From Pseudomonadota bacterium (GTDB lineage Bacteria > Pseudomonadota > Gammaproteobacteria > Pseudomonadales > JADFDG01), in contig JBMOOP010000128.1 of assembly GCA_049324495.1 (NCBI GenBank), positions 10,797 through 74,796 on the forward strand: a stretch of 64,000 nucleotides of DNA, read 5' to 3'. A program made the translations under genes and the position numbers. Positions 22,918 to 33,536 of this stretch are shown piece by piece (positions within the stretch are counted from its first letter, which is position 1; every line of letters starts with the position of its first letter). Below the pieces are notes generated by a model. It was not told the DNA's origin. It was given only the letters and a program-made list of their open reading frames with translations, and ran no database searches.

Positions 22918-23403
22918 TCAGCTACGACGGTAAAGCGGTCGCGGATCGTAGACGTCGCCCTGGTAGCCGGTGGAGAAGTCATCAAGGCCGATGAGTGTCT
23001 CGACGATTGACGTGCCTTCCTTCACATCGAATGCATTGATGCCACAGCGATACATGCCGTGCACCTGGTCGCGCTTCACGTCGCCGACGGCACGAATCTC
23101 CCCGGCATAGCGGTGCCGCTCGCGTAATTCGCGGGCGTACGACAGGCCGCGGCCATCATGGAACGCCGGGAAATGCACTGCGACCAACGCAATATTTGCC
23201 AGGTGCGGTACCAGGTCGGCGACACCTTCCCCCGGTTCGATGCGCACCCCGATGCGATCGTCGCGCGCGAGCAGTGTTGCTGTATCGGCGAGGAAAGTGG
23301 CGAGCGGTACGACAATATCGGTGCCCACAGGCACCGGCTCGCCCGCGTTCAGGTAGATCCAGTGATCGTCGACCAGTTGCCGGTCACGAATGATCTTTCG
23401 CAT
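22918..23403 (-). CDS. DUF934-family protein associated with sulfite reductase
   Basis: The internal ATG at 23403 gives MRKIIRDRQLVDDHWIYL... (161 aa). The longer ORF to 23670 overlaps cysI out of frame. A small protein directly downstream of cysI is found in many pseudomonads. Confidence 0.65.
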   Translation of the reverse strand: MRKIIRDRQLVDDHWIYLNAGEPVPVGTDIVVPLATFLADTATLLARDDRIGVRIEPGEGVADLVPHLANIALVAVHFPAFHDGRGLSYARELRERHRYAGEIRAVGDVKRDQVHGMYRCGINAFDVKEGTSIVETLIGLDDFSTGYQGDVYDPRPLYRRS

Positions 23404-25048
23404 ACACACGCTCCCGGAACGATTCGATGCCGATGCGGCGGAAAGTTGCGATGAAGCGCTCGTCTTCATCCAGGCGCCGCTCCAGGTAGACGTCGATGAT
23501 CTTTTCGACGACATCAGCCACTTCATGGGCATAAAACGAGGGGCCAAGTACTTCACCGAGCGTGCCATCGTGACCCATGTTGCCACCAACCTGGATCTGG
23601 TAGAACTCTTCGCCTTTCTTGTCGACGCCCAGTACGCCGATGTGGCCGATGTGGTGGTGGCCGCAGGCATTCATGCAGCCGGAGATGTTGAGATCGATGT
23701 CGCCGATCTCATACAGGTAGTCGAGATCGTCGAAGCGACGTTGAATCTGCTCGGCGATCGGGATCGACTTGGCGTTTGCCAGCGAGCAGAAATCGCCGCC
23801 AGGGCAGGCAATGATGTCGGTGAGCTTGCCGATATTCGGGGTGGCAAAACCGAGCGTTTTCAATGCGTCCCACAGCGCCGGCAGGTCGGTGATTTTGACA
23901 TCGGCCAGCACCAGATTCTGGTCATGCGTCGTGCGAATTTCCCCGCCGCTGTAGAGATCGGCGAGATCGGCGATGGCATCGAGCTGTTCGTCGGTTACAT
24001 CCCCCGGCGCGATACCGGTAGCCTTCAGTGACAGCATGACCATCGCGTAACCGGGAACGCGGTGTGCAAACACATTGTTGCGATGCCAGAAGCGGAACGA
24101 CTGATTCTCGGCGATAAGTTTGTCGATAGTGGCGTCCTGCGCCGGCAGCGCTTCATAAGACGGGGCGGTGAAGCACGACGCCAGCCGGGCGATTTCTGTC
24201 GCCGGCACTTGCATCGGACCGTCCTTGATCCACTGCCATTCGTCCTCGACCATCTGCGCGAAGACGTCCGGGCCGAATGCCTTGACGATGATCTTGATGC
24301 GCGCCTTGTACTTGTTGTCGCGGCGGCCATGCTGGTTGTAAACGCGCAGCACCGCTTCGAGATAGGAGAGCAGGTCTGCGCCCGGCAGATCCTGTTTGAT
24401 GATCGTGCCGACCATCGGCGTGCGCCCGAGGCCGCCGCCCACAGCGACGCTGAAATACGTCTCGTCGCCCCTGATGCGATCAAGACGCACGCCAATATCG
24501 TTGAACAGCCAGGCGGAGCGGTCGTGCGCGGTGGCCGTGACCGCAATCTTGAATTTGCGCGGCAGCCAGTTGAACTCCGGATGAAACGTCGCCCATTGAC
24601 GGATCAGTTCGCACCAGGGGCGCGGGTCGGCGACTTCATCGGCAGCAACGCCGGCGAAATGGTCGGTGGTGATGTTGCGGATGCAGTTGCCGCTGGTCTG
24701 GATGGCGTGCATCTCGACTGTTGCCAGTTCGGCGAGAATTTCCGGCACCTCGGCAAGCTCCGGCCAGTTGTACTGGATGTTCTGGCGCGTGCTGACGTGT
24801 GCGTAGCCCTTGTCGTAGGCGCGGGCGATATGCGCGAGTTTGCGCACCTGGCGGCTGCTGAGCATGCCGTAGGGCACGGAAACCCGAAGCATCGGCGCAA
24901 AGCGTTGCACATACAGGCCGTTGCGCAGGCGCAGGTGACGGAATTCGTCGTCACTCAGATCGCCAGCCAGGTAGCGGCGGGTCTGGTCGCGAAACAGGGC
25001 GACGCGCTCGTCGAGCAGACGGTGATCGATGGCCGTATAAACGTACAT
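23384..25048 (-). CDS. cysI: Assimilatory sulfite reductase haemoprotein (nitrite/sulfite reductase family, 4Fe-4S/sirohaem)
   Basis: ATG at 25048 (MYVYTAIDHRLL...). The Cys cluster motifs CPGGDFCSLA and SGCMNACGHHHIGHIGV are present. Confidence 0.88.
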   Translation of the reverse strand: MYVYTAIDHRLLDERVALFRDQTRRYLAGDLSDDEFRHLRLRNGLYVQRFAPMLRVSVPYGMLSSRQVRKLAHIARAYDKGYAHVSTRQNIQYNWPELAEVPEILAELATVEMHAIQTSGNCIRNITTDHFAGVAADEVADPRPWCELIRQWATFHPEFNWLPRKFKIAVTATAHDRSAWLFNDIGVRLDRIRGDETYFSVAVGGGLGRTPMVGTIIKQDLPGADLLSYLEAVLRVYNQHGRRDNKYKARIKIIVKAFGPDVFAQMVEDEWQWIKDGPMQVPATEIARLASCFTAPSYEALPAQDATIDKLIAENQSFRFWHRNNVFAHRVPGYAMVMLSLKATGIAPGDVTDEQLDAIADLADLYSGGEIRTTHDQNLVLADVKITDLPALWDALKTLGFATPNIGKLTDIIACPGGDFCSLANAKSIPIAEQIQRRFDDLDYLYEIGDIDLNISGCMNACGHHHIGHIGVLGVDKKGEEFYQIQVGGNMGHDGTLGEVLGPSFYAHEVADVVEKIIDVYLERRLDEDERFIATFRRIGIESFRERVYAKDHS

Positions 25049-25194
25049 GAGAGTGTCCTGGCAATGCCCGCGCACCGGTGATGCACAGGGCGGCGAGCAT
25101 AGAAGGCTAGCAGGAGTGCCTTATACGTTAAAGCCAGTAATGGCTATAAGGATATGAGGCATTCGCCAATAAGCTTTCTTGATGGGGGCACGGC

Positions 25195-28100
25195 TCAGGC
25201 CGGGTCGTAGCCCAGTACCGGCGACAGCCAGCGCTCGGCCTGCGCGAGTGTCATGCCCTTGCGGGTGGCGTAGTCGATGACCTGGTCGCGGCCAATCTTG
25301 CCGACATTGAAATAACTGCTCAGTGGGTGCGCAAAGTAGAAGCCGCTCACGCTCGACGGCGGCCACATGGCGAAATTTTCGGTGAGCGTGATGTCGGTGG
25401 CTTTTGTCGCATCGAGCAGCTGGAAGAGCGTGCCCTTCTCGGTGTGGTCCGGGCAGGCGGGATAACCCGGTGCCGGGCGGATGCCGGCGTATTGCTCGTC
25501 GATCAGTTGCTGGTTGTCGAGCGATTCATCGGCGGCATATCCCCACAGCTCGCGTCGCACCCGTGCATGCAGATGTTCGGCGAAGGCTTCGGCAAAACGA
25601 TCGGCCAGCGCCTTTACCATGATCGCATTGTAGTCATCGCCTTTCGCTTGGTATTCCTTTGCGATTTCCTCGACGCCAAGGCCGGCAGTGACCGCGAAAG
25701 CCCCGAAGTAATCCGCGACCCCCGTTTCCTGTGGTGCAACGAAATCCGCCAGCGACCGCAGCGGCTTGCCTTCGACGGACACCTGCTGGCGCAGGAAATG
25801 AAAGCGGGTAAGTTCCTGCGTGCGCGAGTCGTCCGTATACAGCGCGACATCGTCAGCAGCGACGCGGTTGGCCGGCCAGAAGCCAAGCACTGCATTGGCC
25901 TGGATGCGCTTGTCTGCCAGCAGTTTCTTCAGCATCGCCTGCGCGTCCGCCCACAGATTGCGCGCTGCCTCACCGACTACCGCATCCTGAAGAATTTTCG
26001 GGTACTTTCCCATCAGATCCCAACTGGCAAAAAATGGCGTCCAGTCGATATAGGGGACAAGTGTATTTATGTCGTAGTTCGTGAAGATGCGCGTGCCGAG
26101 GAATGACGGCTTCTGCGGCGTAAACGCCTGCCAGTCAATCGTCGTACCGCGCGCTGGCGCGTCGGCGTAGGGCACTACCGTACCCTTCGGGGAACGATTC
26201 TTCGCGCGCTCGCGAATTTCAAGGTATTCCTGGTGACGATCCGCGATGAATGTCTCTTTCAGATCGCGCGAAAGTAGCGACGTGGCAACGCCGACTGCGC
26301 GCGATGCATCCGGCACGTACACCGTTACGCCGCGCTTGTAGCCTGGCTCTATTTTGATTGCCGTGTGTGCTTTCGATGTGGTGGCGCCACCGATCAGCAG
26401 CGGGATGTCGAAACCCTCGCGTTCCATTTCGCGCGCTACATGTACCATTTCATCAAGTGATGGCGTAATCAGGCCCGACAGGCCGATGATGTCGACCTTG
26501 TGTTCGCGTGCAGCCGCAAGAATTTTTTCGCAGGAGACCATCACGCCAAGATCGACCACGTCGTAGCCGTTGCAGGCCATCACTACGCCGACGATGTTCT
26601 TACCGATGTCGTGCACGTCGCCTTTTACCGTTGCCATTAACACCTTGCCCTTGCTTTGCGCGCCAGGGCCTTTTTCTGCTTCGATATAGGGAATCAGGTG
26701 GGCAACAGCCTGTTTCATCACGCGGGCAGATTTCACCACCTGCGGCAGAAACATCTTGCCGGCGCTGAACAGGTCGCCGACCACGTTCATGCCGGCCATC
26801 AACGGGCCCTCGATGACCTCGATCGGGCGCTGTACGGTCAGCCGCGCAGCTTCGGTGTCCTCGACGATCCATTGTGCGATGCCTTTCACCAACGCGTGTT
26901 CCAGGCGTTTGCCCACCGGAAGTTCGCGCCAGACGAGGTCTTCCACTTGTTTCTGGCCGGCATCGCCTTTGAACTGTTCGGCGATTTCAAGCAGCCGCTC
27001 AGTGCCGCCGTCCGTGCGGCGATTGAGAATCACATCCTCGATGCAATCACGCAATTCGCGCGGCACTTCCTCGTAGATTTCCAGTTGACCGGCATTGACG
27101 ATGCCCATGGAGAGGCCGGCACGGATGGCGTGGTACAGGAATACGGCATGGATCGCCTCGCGCACGCGGTTGTTGCCGCGGAACGAGAACGACACGTTGG
27201 AAACGCCACCGGAGGTCAGGGCGTGCGGCAGGTTGTCGCGGATCCAGGCGCACGCCTCAATGAAATCCAAACCATAGCGGTTGTGCTCGTCGATGCCGGT
27301 GGCAACGGCAAAAATATTCGGGTCGAAGATGATGTCGGCCGGATTGAAGCCGATGCCGGTCAGCAGATCGTACGAGCGCCTGCAGATCGATGTTTTGCGC
27401 TCGCAGGTATCGGCCTGACCGGTTTCGTCAAACGCCATCACCACCACGGCAGCACCGTAGCGTTGGCACAGTTTGGCCCTGGCCAGGAATTCCGCCTCGC
27501 CTTCCTTCATCGAAATGGAGTTGACGATGCACTTGCCCTGCACGCATTTCAGGCCGGCTTCGATTACTTCCCACTTTGAGGAATCGATCATCACCGGCAC
27601 GCGGGCGATATCCGGCTCGCTCATGCACAGATGCAGAAAGCGCACCATGGCGGCCTGCGAATCGAGCATGCCTTCGTCCATGTTGATGTCGATCACCTGA
27701 GCGCCGCTTTCCACCTGTTGGCGGGCAACGGCGAGGGCTTCGTCGTAGTTTTCCTGCAGAATCAGTTTGGCGAATTTTGCCGAGCCGGTAACGTTGGTGC
27801 GCTCGCCGACGTTCACAAACAGCGATTTGCCGCGCTCGATGACAAAGGGTTCAAGACCGGACAGACGGCAGGCCGGAGCGATCTGCGGAATTTTCCGTGG
27901 TGGATATTTTGCCACCGCTTCGGCAATGGCTCTGATGTGTGCCGGCGTGGTACCGCAGCAACCGCCGACGATATTCAAAAAACCGCGTTCGGCCCATTCG
28001 GCGACAACCGGCGCCATTTCTTCGGCAGCAAGATCGTAGCCACCGAAGGCATTGGGCAGGCCGGCATTCGGGTGCGCCGAAACCAGCGTATCCGCAACGC

Positions 28101-28908
28101 CGGCGAGTTCTGCAACATAGGCGCGCAGCTCCTTCGGGCCCAGCGCGCAGTTGAGACCAATGGACAGCGGTTTTGCATGTGCCAGCGAATACCAGAAAGC
28201 CGTTGCCGTCTGGCCGGAGAGGGTACGGCCGGAGGCATCGGTGATGGTGCCGGAAATCATGATCGGCAACGCCACATCTTCCCGGGAAAAATATTCCTGC
28301 ACCGCAAACACGGCGGCCTTCGCATTCAGCGTGTCGAATACGGTTTCGATCAGAATGATGTCGGCGCCGCCCATCACCAGGCCTGCGGTCGCCTCGATGT
28401 AGTTTTGCACCAATTCATCGAAGGTGACGTTGCGAAAGCCCGGATCATTGACGTTGGGCGACATCGACGCAGTGCGGCTGGTTGGCCCGAGTACACCAGC
28501 CACAAAGCGTGGTTTTCCCGGATTTTTTGCGGTGAATTCGTCAGCCGCTGCGCGCGCCAGCGCGGCCGCCGTCCGGTTCAACTCCGGAACGATGTCTTCG
28601 AGATGGTAATCGGCCTGTGATACCCGCGTTGAATTGAAACTGTTGGTTTCCAGGATGTCGGCGCCGGCTTCCAGATATTGGCGATGAATGTCGGTGATGA
28701 TGTCCGGCCGGGTGAGTACCAGCAGATCGTTGTTGCCCCTGAGATCGTGCGGATGCGCCCTGAAGCGCTCGCCCCGGTAATCCGCTTCCTGCAGGTTGTG
28801 CTGCTGGATCATCGTACCCATGGCGCCATCGAGGATCAAAATGCGGCCCGCGAGGGCGGCGTGCAGGGCGGCGGTACGGGTCTTGATGGATGTGGCGTGG
28901 TTGGTCAT
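25195..28908 (-). CDS. metH: Cobalamin-dependent methionine synthase
   Basis: 1237 aa. Hcy-binding, pterin-binding, B12-binding ([12 protein letters not shown]) and AdoMet-activation modules are all readable. Confidence 0.97.
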   Translation of the reverse strand: MTNHATSIKTRTAALHAALAGRILILDGAMGTMIQQHNLQEADYRGERFRAHPHDLRGNNDLLVLTRPDIITDIHRQYLEAGADILETNSFNSTRVSQADYHLEDIVPELNRTAAALARAAADEFTAKNPGKPRFVAGVLGPTSRTASMSPNVNDPGFRNVTFDELVQNYIEATAGLVMGGADIILIETVFDTLNAKAAVFAVQEYFSREDVALPIMISGTITDASGRTLSGQTATAFWYSLAHAKPLSIGLNCALGPKELRAYVAELAGVADTLVSAHPNAGLPNAFGGYDLAAEEMAPVVAEWAERGFLNIVGGCCGTTPAHIRAIAEAVAKYPPRKIPQIAPACRLSGLEPFVIERGKSLFVNVGERTNVTGSAKFAKLILQENYDEALAVARQQVESGAQVIDINMDEGMLDSQAAMVRFLHLCMSEPDIARVPVMIDSSKWEVIEAGLKCVQGKCIVNSISMKEGEAEFLARAKLCQRYGAAVVVMAFDETGQADTCERKTSICRRSYDLLTGIGFNPADIIFDPNIFAVATGIDEHNRYGLDFIEACAWIRDNLPHALTSGGVSNVSFSFRGNNRVREAIHAVFLYHAIRAGLSMGIVNAGQLEIYEEVPRELRDCIEDVILNRRTDGGTERLLEIAEQFKGDAGQKQVEDLVWRELPVGKRLEHALVKGIAQWIVEDTEAARLTVQRPIEVIEGPLMAGMNVVGDLFSAGKMFLPQVVKSARVMKQAVAHLIPYIEAEKGPGAQSKGKVLMATVKGDVHDIGKNIVGVVMACNGYDVVDLGVMVSCEKILAAAREHKVDIIGLSGLITPSLDEMVHVAREMEREGFDIPLLIGGATTSKAHTAIKIEPGYKRGVTVYVPDASRAVGVATSLLSRDLKETFIADRHQEYLEIRERAKNRSPKGTVVPYADAPARGTTIDWQAFTPQKPSFLGTRIFTNYDINTLVPYIDWTPFFASWDLMGKYPKILQDAVVGEAARNLWADAQAMLKKLLADKRIQANAVLGFWPANRVAADDVALYTDDSRTQELTRFHFLRQQVSVEGKPLRSLADFVAPQETGVADYFGAFAVTAGLGVEEIAKEYQAKGDDYNAIMVKALADRFAEAFAEHLHARVRRELWGYAADESLDNQQLIDEQYAGIRPAPGYPACPDHTEKGTLFQLLDATKATDITLTENFAMWPPSSVSGFYFAHPLSSYFNVGKIGRDQVIDYATRKGMTLAQAERWLSPVLGYDPA

Positions 28909-29029
28909 GGCGGAAAATTTCGCTTTGCCGGGCGGGCGCAGAGGGTGCGCGCGGGGACGCAGAAAGGGCCGGGCAGTCTAACAAACTATGCCGGGGGTGC
29001 TGACACCAGGTCTTGTGGGCAACGCAACA

Positions 29030-29058
29030 TTGATTCCACCCCAGATTATAGCTATAAT
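29030..29058 (+). promoter_or_regulatory. Sigma70-type promoter of the TA operon (TTGATT-N17-TATAAT), with a 14-bp perfect palindrome ATTATAGCTATAAT (29045-29058) overlapping the -10
   Basis: Read directly: TTGATT at 29030-29035 and TATAAT at 29053-29058. The palindrome is its own reverse complement. The antitoxin ATG lies only 6 nt after the -10. Confidence 0.5.
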
Positions 29059-29064
29059 AGCCAG

Positions 29065-29355
29065 ATGAAAAAAGCCTCTATATCGACTACAAAAAACCGG
29101 TTGAGCGCTCTGATTGAACAGGTGCGTCAGGGCGAGACCATCCTCATTACCGATCATGATCGCCCCGTTGCCCGTCTCGTTCCCGTTGCGGCGGAAAGCG
29201 GGCAGCACGGCGCCGATGAGCTGGCACTGCTGGAGCGCAAGGGCATTATCCGGCGGGGTCGCGGCAGAGCGCCCCGTCTGACGCCCCCCCCGGTACCGGC
29301 GCAACGGGCCAGCGCCCTGGCGGCACTGCTGGAAGAGCGCGAGACTGGCCGGTGA
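29065..29355 (+). CDS. Type II antitoxin (Phd/YefM-like, VapB-type partner)
   Basis: 96 aa: MKKASISTTKNRLSALIEQVRQGETILITDHDRPVARLVPV... This is the typical Phd/YefM N-terminal fold signature. Its stop overlaps the toxin GTG (GTGA). Confidence 0.75.
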   Translation: MKKASISTTKNRLSALIEQVRQGETILITDHDRPVARLVPVAAESGQHGADELALLERKGIIRRGRGRAPRLTPPPVPAQRASALAALLEERETGR

Positions 29356-29792
29356 AATTCTGGGACAGTTCCGCGATTCTGCCGCTGCTCGTTGCCGAAA
29401 CATGCAGCCCGGCCGCCATCGCCTGGTATCAAAAAAATCCGGAAGTCGTTGCCTGGTGGGCCACGCCGATCGAGTGCACATCGGCACTGACCAGACTGGA
29501 GCGCGAGGCAAGCCTCGATGCGGCCGGTGTTGCGCTGGCGCTGCGTCAGTTGGCGCTGCTGCAGGCAGCCTGGCATGAGGTACAGCCGCTGGACGTCGTG
29601 CGCCAGGTTGCCCAGCGCCTGCTGCGGCTCCACCCGCTGCGCGCTGCCGACTCACTGCAACTGGCGGCGGCGCTGGTAGCCTGCGAGCACCGGCCGCAAC
29701 ACTGGCAGTTCGTCTGCCTGGATGCCCGCCTGGGTTTGGCGGCAGAACGCGAGGGCTTCAGTGTGCTGCGCCAATTTGCGGAAATGAGATGA
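29352..29792 (+). CDS. vapC: PIN-domain ribonuclease toxin VapC
   Basis: 146 aa starting MKFWDSSAILPLL (first acidic PIN residue), with later D/E positions. It overlaps the antitoxin gene by 4 nt. Confidence 0.8.
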   Translation: MKFWDSSAILPLLVAETCSPAAIAWYQKNPEVVAWWATPIECTSALTRLEREASLDAAGVALALRQLALLQAAWHEVQPLDVVRQVAQRLLRLHPLRAADSLQLAAALVACEHRPQHWQFVCLDARLGLAAEREGFSVLRQFAEMR

Positions 29793-29901
29793 TCCTCCAA
29801 TGGATCCGCACCCGCCCCCTTAGGCTCATCTCAGCATTGGAAAGGACTGCGGGGACGAGCGGCGAGGGCAGGCAGGGCTGAGCGGAAGAACCGAATGGCG
29901 A

Positions 29902-29929
29902 TTGAACGGCAAAAAGGACGGCCTATAAT
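29902..29929 (+). promoter_or_regulatory. Candidate sigma70 promoter of nfuA (TTGAAC-N16-TATAAT)
   Basis: TTGAAC at 29902-29907 and TATAAT at 29924-29929, 44 nt upstream of the nfuA ATG. The -10 sits in the loop of an 8-bp inverted repeat (AAGGACGG/CCGTCCTT, 29914-29940). Confidence 0.45.
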
Positions 29930-29972
29930 GACCCGTCCTTAATCTGAGTAATTTAGTAGGATATTGCCGTTC

Positions 29973-30566
29973 ATGAGCGATCTTCTCGTCGATATCAAGC
30001 CGTCCGCCCAGGAATACCTGCGTGGCCTGCTGGCCAAGCAGGAGCAGCCGGGCATTGCGGTACGGATCTTCGTCGAGCGCCCGGGCACCCCGCACGCCGA
30101 GTGCTGCATGGCCTACTGCCTGCCGGGCGAGGAGGTCGAGGGCGACAAGCGCTTCGAGTACGAGGGCTTTGGCGCCTGGATCGAGGGCAAGAGCGAGCCC
30201 TACCTGGTCGACGCGGTGATCGACTACAAGAAGGACGCGCTCGGCGGCCAGTTGACCTTCCGCGCCCCGCGCTCCAAGGTGCCGGACCTGCACGCCGACG
30301 CCACCCTCGAAGAGAAGATCAACTACTACCTCTATTCCGAGATCAATCCGCAACTCGCCTCGCACAGCGGCAACGTGTCGTTGGTGGAAGTCGATGATGC
30401 CGCTGTTGCCACGCTGGAATTCGGCGGCGGCTGCCAGGGCTGCTCGGCGGTCGATGTCACGCTGAAGAGCGGCGTCGAGAAGACGCTGATGGAGCGTATC
30501 CCGGAACTGAAGGGCGTGCGCGACAAGACGGACCACACGGTGCGGGACAACGCGTATTACAAGTAA
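29973..30566 (+). CDS. nfuA: Fe-S cluster biogenesis protein NfuA
   Basis: MSDLLVDIKPSAQEYLRGLLAKQ... is an A-type-like N-domain. The C-terminal Nfu domain carries CQGC (GGGCQGCSAVDVTLK). Confidence 0.9.
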   Translation: MSDLLVDIKPSAQEYLRGLLAKQEQPGIAVRIFVERPGTPHAECCMAYCLPGEEVEGDKRFEYEGFGAWIEGKSEPYLVDAVIDYKKDALGGQLTFRAPRSKVPDLHADATLEEKINYYLYSEINPQLASHSGNVSLVEVDDAAVATLEFGGGCQGCSAVDVTLKSGVEKTLMERIPELKGVRDKTDHTVRDNAYYK

Positions 30567-30597
30567 CTTCGCCCGGTCATGGCCCGAGAGGTAAATG

Positions 30598-30631
30598 AAA
30601 AGGCCGCGGAGAAATCCGCGGCCTTTTTTTT
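30598..30631. terminator. Bidirectional rho-independent terminator between convergent nfuA and a methyltransferase gene
   Basis: AAAA-GGCCGCGGA-GAAA-TCCGCGGCC-TTTTTTTT: a perfect 9-bp GC stem, a GAAA loop, a T8 tail, and an A-run on the other side. Confidence 0.85.
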
Positions 30632-30711
30632 GCGAGTGGTAGCCGGGCTCACCTTTCCTGGGTGGAGCGCAAGGCCGGGCAGGCCCCCGCTGCCGGTAGT
30701 ACGCTGCGGAA

Positions 30712-31413
30712 TTACTGGCGGGTGATGGCCAGCAGGCTCGACGGCATCAGCATGGCGGTGCAGTGCGTGTCGAGGATGCCCAGGTGTTGCAGGCGCTCGT
30801 CCTGTACTGGCGGCAGCATCAGGTGACCGGGGGTCAGCGGCGCCAGTACCTGCAGGTTCACGACGCCTTTTTCCATGCCCTCGAAATCGTCCAGCAGGAT
30901 CACGGTCTCGCTGTGCATCAGGTCGCGTACCAGCGGCAGGTCTTCAGCCTGCAGCCGGCCATCAAGGGTCAGCAGGTCCGCCTTCACGCCGGCCTGCACG
31001 AGGCGGGAATACATCTGCGTCGATGTCTGCCCGGGATGCGGGTGGATGCGTACCGGGCCGATGGTGGCCGGCAGCGTGCACGGGTTGTCCTTGTCGACGG
31101 TGTACAGGTCCCGTTCCGCGCTGTCGTTCCAGCCGGCGCCGAGCGCCAGCGACGTCGTCGACTTGCCGAGGAAGGTGCCCAGTTCAACGGTGACCTTTGG
31201 CTTGAACGTGTTCGCCACCATGAACAGGAACACGCCGGCGGACAGCGAGATGCTGCCGGTGTTGTAGCCCATGCGGCTGCGGTGCGTTTCGAGTTCGCCG
31301 AATCGTGCGGTCAGTTCCGGTACGATGGTCGGCAGCATGTGGCCGTGCAGATCGATCATCCGTGCCTGCACGGCACGCGACAGGTTGGCGACATTCAGCG
31401 TGAACTTGTTCAT
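30712..31413 (-). CDS. Putative class I SAM-dependent methyltransferase (O-methyltransferase/Methyltransf_24-like)
   Basis: ATG at 31413 (MNKFTLNVANL...). It has a motif I-like VELGTFLGKSTTSLA, then DKD... and LLDDFEG blocks. The assignment is tentative. Confidence 0.55.
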   Translation of the reverse strand: MNKFTLNVANLSRAVQARMIDLHGHMLPTIVPELTARFGELETHRSRMGYNTGSISLSAGVFLFMVANTFKPKVTVELGTFLGKSTTSLALGAGWNDSAERDLYTVDKDNPCTLPATIGPVRIHPHPGQTSTQMYSRLVQAGVKADLLTLDGRLQAEDLPLVRDLMHSETVILLDDFEGMEKGVVNLQVLAPLTPGHLMLPPVQDERLQHLGILDTHCTAMLMPSSLLAITRQ

Positions 31414-31426
31414 GTTTTTCTTTTTT

Positions 31427-32200
31427 TCAGGGTTTCTGGATGACGTAGCACTGCTGGATGCCGAAGCCGCCACCGGAGAACTGGCGCTCGAGTTCGTAGA
31501 AAGCCTTGTTCACCGGGTTCGAATAGCCGGGCCAGTCCGCCGGGTTGGTAACCAGTTCGCGCAAGAAGCGGGAGCCGAGGTAGTAGACCGAGGAGAAATC
31601 GTCGCGGGTAAACTGCAGGCCCTTGCCGGCGAGGAAGGCGTCCATGCGCTCGATCTTGATGTAGCGGTTGAAGTCGTGCTCGACCAGCGATGGCAGCGAC
31701 TTCAGGGTCCGGATGGCATTGAGCAGGACCAGTGGTTCCCAGAATGCTTCGCACAGGATCACCTTGCCGCCCGGCCGGCATACCCGCAGGCATTCATCAA
31801 TGCCCTGTTGCTGCTCGGCCCAGGTCGGGAGATTGATCAGTACGCGGGTGGTGTAGACCACGTCGAAGGCGTTGTCCGGCAACTGGATGCTGCGCACGTC
31901 GCCCACCATCAGGCGCACGTTGCCGGGATTGCCCAGCTCCTTCAGCTTTGCCTGTGCCTGCTCGATCATCGGTGCGCTGAAATCGATGCCGGTAATCGTT
32001 GCTGGCCGGCGCTCCAGGTGATGGAACGTCGAGTAGCCGTTCGCGCAGCCGACGTCAAGGATCGCATCCCCTTCGCGGATATGCTTTCCGACGGACTCGA
32101 TCTCCAGGGCGATGGCGTACTTGTCACCCCAGCTGGCCGAGTGATCGGTCTGGAACTTTCGGGCCTGTGAATTCCAGAAGTCGAGAATGTGGTCTGACAT
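31427..32200 (-). CDS. Class I SAM-dependent methyltransferase
   Basis: ATG at 32200 (MSDHILDFWNSQ...). It has the clear motif I ILDVGCANGYST and post-I/II blocks (GIDFS, FDVVYTTRVL, CRPGGKVIL). Confidence 0.8.
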   Translation of the reverse strand: MSDHILDFWNSQARKFQTDHSASWGDKYAIALEIESVGKHIREGDAILDVGCANGYSTFHHLERRPATITGIDFSAPMIEQAQAKLKELGNPGNVRLMVGDVRSIQLPDNAFDVVYTTRVLINLPTWAEQQQGIDECLRVCRPGGKVILCEAFWEPLVLLNAIRTLKSLPSLVEHDFNRYIKIERMDAFLAGKGLQFTRDDFSSVYYLGSRFLRELVTNPADWPGYSNPVNKAFYELERQFSGGGFGIQQCYVIQKP

Positions 32201-32378
32201 GCGGGTCTCCGTCGATGCGCGAGGGCCGAAAGGTGACGATAAAAGCATGATCGCGCCACTCATGTCACCAGCATCTGCGCCGTGGTACTGTTCATTTCCT
32301 CACGCACTCCAGGGGCTGTGAAGTCGTCGACGACTCGCAAGTCCGGCAGGGGTCGGCCACCCGCAGGGTTGATCGCTC

Positions 32379-33536
32379 ATGGGCCAGAAAGGCAGTCAGG
32401 GTTCCCCCGTTCCGTTCAACCGGGTTCGCCTGACCGGGCGGGAGTTGTCGTATATCGAGCAGCTCATCCGTGGCGGTGGCACGCTGTCCGGTGATGGCCC
32501 CTATACCGCCCGCTGCAGCCGGCTGCTGGAGGCGATGACCACTTCCCCGCGCGCCCTGCTGACCCACTCCTGTACCGCGGCGCTGGAAATGGCGGCCCTC
32601 CTCGCCGAGCTGCAGCCCGGTGACGAGGTCATCATGCCCTCGTATACCTTCGTTTCGACGGCGAATGCTTTCGTGATGCGGGGTGCAGTACCGGTTTTTA
32701 TCGATGTGCGGCCGGACACGTTCAACCTTGACGAATCCTTGATCGAGGCGGCCATCACCCCGAGGACGCGCGCGATCTGTGCCGTGCATTACGCCGGTGT
32801 TGCCTGCGAGATGGACGCCATCATGGCGATCGCGCGGCGTCACGGGTTGCTGGTGATCGAGGATGCCGCGCAGGCGCTGGTCGCGCGTTACCGCGATCGT
32901 CCGCTCGGGTCGATCGGGGACTTCGGTTGCTTCAGTTTCCACGAAACGAAGAACCTGGTGTCGGGCGAGGGTGGGGCGCTGACGATCAATACGCCGGAAT
33001 TCACCGAGCGCGCGGAAATCATCCGCGAAAAGGGTACCAACCGCAGCCGGTTCTTTCGCGGCCAGGTCGACAAGTACACCTGGGTCGATATCGGCTCGTC
33101 CTACCTGCCGTCGGAACTCATTGCCGCATTTCTACTCGCCCAGCTGGAGGACGCATCGGCGCTCACCGCGGCCAGGCTGCAGGTATGGAATGCATGGCAC
33201 GAGGCGCTGGCGCCGCTGGAAGCCGACGGCCTGCTGCGCCGCCCGGTCATTCCGCCGCATTGCACGCACAACGGTCACATTTACTACGCCCTCGCCAGCA
33301 GCCTGGAAGCACGTGGTCAGGTCCTGGAAGCGCTGAAGGCCGGCGGCATTCACGCGGTATTCCACTACGTACCATTGCACTCGGCGCCGGCGGGGATGCG
33401 TTTTGGTCGGGTGCACGGCGACATGACGAATACGCTGGTTGCGGGTGACCGGTTGTTCCGGTTGCCGGTATGGGCCGGCCTCGACGCGGAAGTTGTGGGG
33501 CAGGGCGCCGACATCCTGCGCCGCGCGCTGGCCTGA
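32379..33536 (+). CDS. wecE: dTDP-4-amino-4,6-dideoxy-hexose transaminase (WecE/RffA-like, DegT/DnrJ/EryC1 family)
   Basis: It is collinear with the E. coli WecE sequence as I remember it: LLTHSCTAALEMAALLAELQPGDEVIMPSYTFVSTANAFV, VHYAGVACEMD, FSFHETKN (PLP lysine), EIIREKGTNRSRFFRGQVDKYTWVDIGSSYLPSEL, FHYVPLHSAPAG. Confidence 0.85.
   Translation: MGQKGSQGSPVPFNRVRLTGRELSYIEQLIRGGGTLSGDGPYTARCSRLLEAMTTSPRALLTHSCTAALEMAALLAELQPGDEVIMPSYTFVSTANAFVMRGAVPVFIDVRPDTFNLDESLIEAAITPRTRAICAVHYAGVACEMDAIMAIARRHGLLVIEDAAQALVARYRDRPLGSIGDFGCFSFHETKNLVSGEGGALTINTPEFTERAEIIREKGTNRSRFFRGQVDKYTWVDIGSSYLPSELIAAFLLAQLEDASALTAARLQVWNAWHEALAPLEADGLLRRPVIPPHCTHNGHIYYALASSLEARGQVLEALKAGGIHAVFHYVPLHSAPAGMRFGRVHGDMTNTLVAGDRLFRLPVWAGLDAEVVGQGADILRRALA

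Noticed and set aside
25119-25151. Inverted repeat CCTTATA-N19-TATAAGG (with inner GCCA-GTAA-TGGC) between metH and cysI, as a regulatory site or terminator
   Set aside because: The stem is AT-rich and short, there is no T-tract, and no known operator consensus matches. The evidence is insufficient to assign a function.
28909-29029. Possible cobalamin or SAM riboswitch in the metH upstream region
   Set aside because: I could not recognise a B12-box-like or SAM-I/II-like conserved core. metH is not normally riboswitch-controlled, and the region is short and shared with the TA promoter.
29065-29792. The TA pair as a novel defence system
   Set aside because: The architecture and motifs are those of an ordinary Phd/YefM-VapC type II module. 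Only the promoter/operator arrangement seemed worth noting.
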